Below are positions 24,265 to 27,149 of a stretch of DNA of 27,149 nucleotides, piece by piece. Numbering within the stretch: position 1 is the stretch's first letter; each line of letters begins with the position of its first letter. The notes beneath the pieces are model-generated. The model did no database searches and was not told where the DNA came from. It was given only the letters and a program-made list of their open reading frames with translations. Made by a program: the position numbers and the translations under genes. Origin of the DNA: Pseudomonadota bacterium (GTDB lineage Bacteria > Pseudomonadota > Alphaproteobacteria > Rhizobiales > Hyphomicrobiaceae). The DNA is taken from the NCBI GenBank assembly GCA_021816505.1, contig JAKAXS010000001.1, positions 1-27,149 on the forward strand. The letters run 5' to 3'.

Positions 24265-27123
24265 TCACTCCGCCGCTTCCGGCTTGGCGTAGGCTTCGAT
24301 CGGCGGGCAGGTGCACGAGAGGTTGCGGTCGCCCCAGACATTGTCGACGCGGTTGACGGGGGGCCAGTACTTGTCGACGCGGAAGGCGCCGGCGGGGAAG
24401 CAGGCGGCCTCGCGCGAGTAGGGGCGGTCCCATGCGCCGATCAAATCCTCAACCGTGTGCGGCGCGTTCTTCAGCGGGTTGTTCTTCCTGTCGGCGCGGC
24501 CGTCCTCGATGGCACGGGCTTCCTCGCGAATGGCCAGCATCGCGTCGCAGAAGCGATCGAGCTCGGCTTTCGTTTCAGATTCGGTCGGCTCGATCATCAA
24601 CGTGCCGGCGACGGGCCAGCTCATCGTCGGTGGGTGGAAGCCGCAGTCGATGAGGCGCTTGGCGACGTCGTCCACCGTGACGCCGGCCGTCTCGTTCAAC
24701 GGGCGCGTGTCAACGATGCATTCGTGTGCCACGCGGCCATGGCGGCCCTTGTAGAGCACGCTGTAGGCCCCTTCGAGCCGCTTGGAGATGTAGTTGGCGT
24801 TCAGAATCGCGACGCGTGTCGCCTGCGTCAGCCCCTCGCCGCCCATCATCAGGCAATAGCTCCACGAGATGGCGAGGATCGACGCGGAACCGTTGGGCGC
24901 TGCCGACACGGTGAGTTGACGCCCGTCGGTCTCAGGGTGGCCGGGAAGGAAGGGCGCCAGGTGCGCCTTGACGCCGATCGGTCCCATGCCGGGGCCGCCG
25001 CCGCCGTGCGGAATGCAGAACGTCTTGTGCAGGTTGAGATGGCTGACGTCGGAGCCGATGTCGCCGGGGCGAGCCAATCCGACGAGGGCGTTCAGGTTGG
25101 CGCCGTCGAGGTAGACTTGCCCGCCGTGTGCATGTGTGATGTCGCAGATTTCGCGTACGGTTTCTTCGAACACGCCGTGCGTCGAGGGATACGTGATCAT
25201 GGCAGCCGCGAGGTTGGCTGCGTGCAGCTCCGCCTTGGCGCGGAAGTCTGCAACGTCGATGTTGCCCGACGTGTCGACGCCGACGACGACCACCTTCATG
25301 CCGCACATGCTGGCCGAGGCGGGGTTGGTGCCGTGCGCGGACGAGGGAATGAGGCAGATGTCGCGATGGGTTTCGCCACGGCTGGCGTGATAGGCGCGGA
25401 TGACGAGCAGCCCCGCATACTCGCCCTGCGCGCCGGAGTTGGGCTGCATCGAGATCGCGTCGTAACCGGTGATGCGGCACAGCTTGTCGGACAGATCCGT
25501 GATCATCTCCGCGTAGCCTTGCATTTGGTCGGCGGGCGCGAAGGGATGGATACTTGAGAACTCGGGCCAGGTGATGGGCAGCATCTCCGCCGTGGCGTTG
25601 AGCTTCATCGTGCATGAGCCGAGCGGGATCATTGCGCGATCGAGCGCCAGGTCGCGATCGGCGAGGCGGCGCATGTAGCGCGTCATCTCGCTCTCGGCAC
25701 GGTTCATGTGGAAGACGGGATGCGTGAGGTAGGCGGAGGTGCGCAAGAGCGCGCTCGGCAACCGATACTCGGGATAGTCATCCTTGTAGACGAGGTCATA
25801 TCCGCCGAACGCGCGCCACACGGCTTCCAACGTTTCGGGCCGCGTGCGTTCGTCCACGGTGATGCCGATACGGTTCGCGCCGACCCTGCGCAGGTTGACG
25901 CCGTTGTCGACGGCGTTCTTCATGATCAGGCCCTGGTAGGGGCCGACGTCGACGGTGATCGTGTCGAAGAATGCATCCGGCGTCAGCTTGAAGCCGAGGG
26001 ATGCCAGCCCATCCGCCAGGCGCGCGGCCTTGCGGTGAATCCGCTCCGCAATCGCTTTCAGGCCTTTCGGCCCGTGGAACACCGCGTACATCGCGGCGAT
26101 CACGGCGGGCAGCACCTGCGCCGTGCAGATGTTCGAGGTCGCTGTTTCGCGCCGGATGTGCTGCTCGCGCGTCTGCAGGGCCAGACGATAGGCGCGGTTG
26201 CCGCGCGCATCGACCGAGACGCCGACGAGCCGTCCCGGGATCGAGCGCTTGTAGGCGTCGGCAACGGCGATGTAGCCGGCGTGCGGGCCGCCGCAGCCCA
26301 TCGGCATGCCGAAACGCTGCATCGAGCCGACGGCGATGTCGGCGCCCATTTCCCCGGGTGGCTTCAACAGAGTCAGCGCCATCGGATCGGCGGCTATGAC
26401 GGCGATGGCCTTGGCGTCGTGAAGCTTGGCGATGATGTCGGTGAAGTCGTGGAAGCGGCCGTTGATGCCGGGATACTGGAAGATGGCGCCGAACACTGCG
26501 TCGGGCTGCAACTCGGTCAAAGCGTCGGCGACGACGATGTCGATGCCGAGCGGCTCTGCGCGTGTCTTGAGCACGGCGATCGTCTGCGGCAGGCAGCGGT
26601 CGTCGACGAAGAAGGCGTTCGCCTTCGATTTCGCGACGCGCCTGGCGAGCGTCATGGCTTCGGCGGCTGCGGTCGCCTCGTCCAGCAGGGACGCGTTGGC
26701 GACGTCCAGGCCTGTGAGATCGGTCACGAGCGTCTGGAAGTTCAGCAGCGCTTCGAGCCGTCCCTGGCTGATCTCAGGTTGATACGGCGTGTAGGCGGTG
26801 TACCAGGCAGGGTTCTCCAGAATGTTACGCTGGATCGCCGGCGGCATGATCGTGCCGTGGTAGCCCTGGCCGATCAGCGACGTCAGCACGCGGTTCTTGT
26901 TTGCCGTCTCGCGCAGCTTGTCGAGTGCACCGCGCTCCGAGCGTGCCTTGCCGAACTGGAGCGGTTCCTTCTGGCGAATACCGGCCGGCACCGTTTCATC
27001 GATCAGCGCATCGAGGTCTTTCGCGCCGACGACACGCAGCATCTCGTCCATCTCTTCGGGCGAGGGCCCGATGTGGCGACGGTTGGCGAAGTCGTAGGGC
27101 TGGTAGCGTTCTTGGCGGCTCAT
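24265..27123 (-). CDS. gcvP: Glycine dehydrogenase (decarboxylating), glycine cleavage P protein
   Basis: [49 protein letters not shown]-Lys motif [27 protein letters not shown]. Confidence 0.98.
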   Translation of the reverse strand: MSRQERYQPYDFANRRHIGPSPEEMDEMLRVVGAKDLDALIDETVPAGIRQKEPLQFGKARSERGALDKLRETANKNRVLTSLIGQGYHGTIMPPAIQRNILENPAWYTAYTPYQPEISQGRLEALLNFQTLVTDLTGLDVANASLLDEATAAAEAMTLARRVAKSKANAFFVDDRCLPQTIAVLKTRAEPLGIDIVVADALTELQPDAVFGAIFQYPGINGRFHDFTDIIAKLHDAKAIAVIAADPMALTLLKPPGEMGADIAVGSMQRFGMPMGCGGPHAGYIAVADAYKRSIPGRLVGVSVDARGNRAYRLALQTREQHIRRETATSNICTAQVLPAVIAAMYAVFHGPKGLKAIAERIHRKAARLADGLASLGFKLTPDAFFDTITVDVGPYQGLIMKNAVDNGVNLRRVGANRIGITVDERTRPETLEAVWRAFGGYDLVYKDDYPEYRLPSALLRTSAYLTHPVFHMNRAESEMTRYMRRLADRDLALDRAMIPLGSCTMKLNATAEMLPITWPEFSSIHPFAPADQMQGYAEMITDLSDKLCRITGYDAISMQPNSGAQGEYAGLLVIRAYHASRGETHRDICLIPSSAHGTNPASASMCGMKVVVVGVDTSGNIDVADFRAKAELHAANLAAAMITYPSTHGVFEETVREICDITHAHGGQVYLDGANLNALVGLARPGDIGSDVSHLNLHKTFCIPHGGGGPGMGPIGVKAHLAPFLPGHPETDGRQLTVSAAPNGSASILAISWSYCLMMGGEGLTQATRVAILNANYISKRLEGAYSVLYKGRHGRVAHECIVDTRPLNETAGVTVDDVAKRLIDCGFHPPTMSWPVAGTLMIEPTESETKAELDRFCDAMLAIREEARAIEDGRADRKNNPLKNAPHTVEDLIGAWDRPYSREAACFPAGAFRVDKYWPPVNRVDNVWGDRNLSCTCPPIEAYAKPEAAE

Positions 27124-27134
27124 CTCGCGTCTCC

Positions 27135-27149
27135 TCAGCCGACCAGATC
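27135..27149 (-). CDS. Probable 3' tail of the upstream gene (possibly gcvH)
   Basis: Minus strand reads GAT CTG GTC GGC TGA (DLVG*), and the stop overlaps the gcvP SD GAGGAG. The identity is inferred only from the usual gcvTHP order. Confidence 0.3.
   Translation of the reverse strand, partial: DLVG

Noticed and set aside
24457-25557. 366-aa + strand ORF
   Set aside because: Antisense shadow of gcvP.

Overview
High-GC alphaproteobacterial chromosome segment. The gene order and PqqA sequence suggest a Hyphomicrobium-like methylotroph (inference). From left to right it carries: a partial hypothetical gene, a DUF2244 protein, nth, a secreted RNase T2, a FemAB-like GNAT protein, prfC and an AbrB/VapC toxin-antitoxin pair. 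Next comes the H4MPT/methylofuran formaldehyde-oxidation cluster (orf9, orf17, fae, orf7, orf5, mch, orfY, mtdB, mptG), then a divergent pterin-carbinolamine-dehydratase-like gene plus folK, a class I cytochrome c and pqqABCDE. pqqA is missing from the ORF track. The window ends with an NADPH sulfite reductase cysJI and gcvP. Three palindromic intergenic repeat copies are present. I recognised no rRNA, tRNA, CRISPR array or transposase. The protein content is mostly known biology. The least explained signals are non-coding (hairpin-rich regions on both sides of fae, an SD-sequestering leader on the cytochrome c gene, the 565-bp pqqA/cysJ intergenic region) plus the PCD-FolK module next to mptG. 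All RNA structures were read by eye, not computed.
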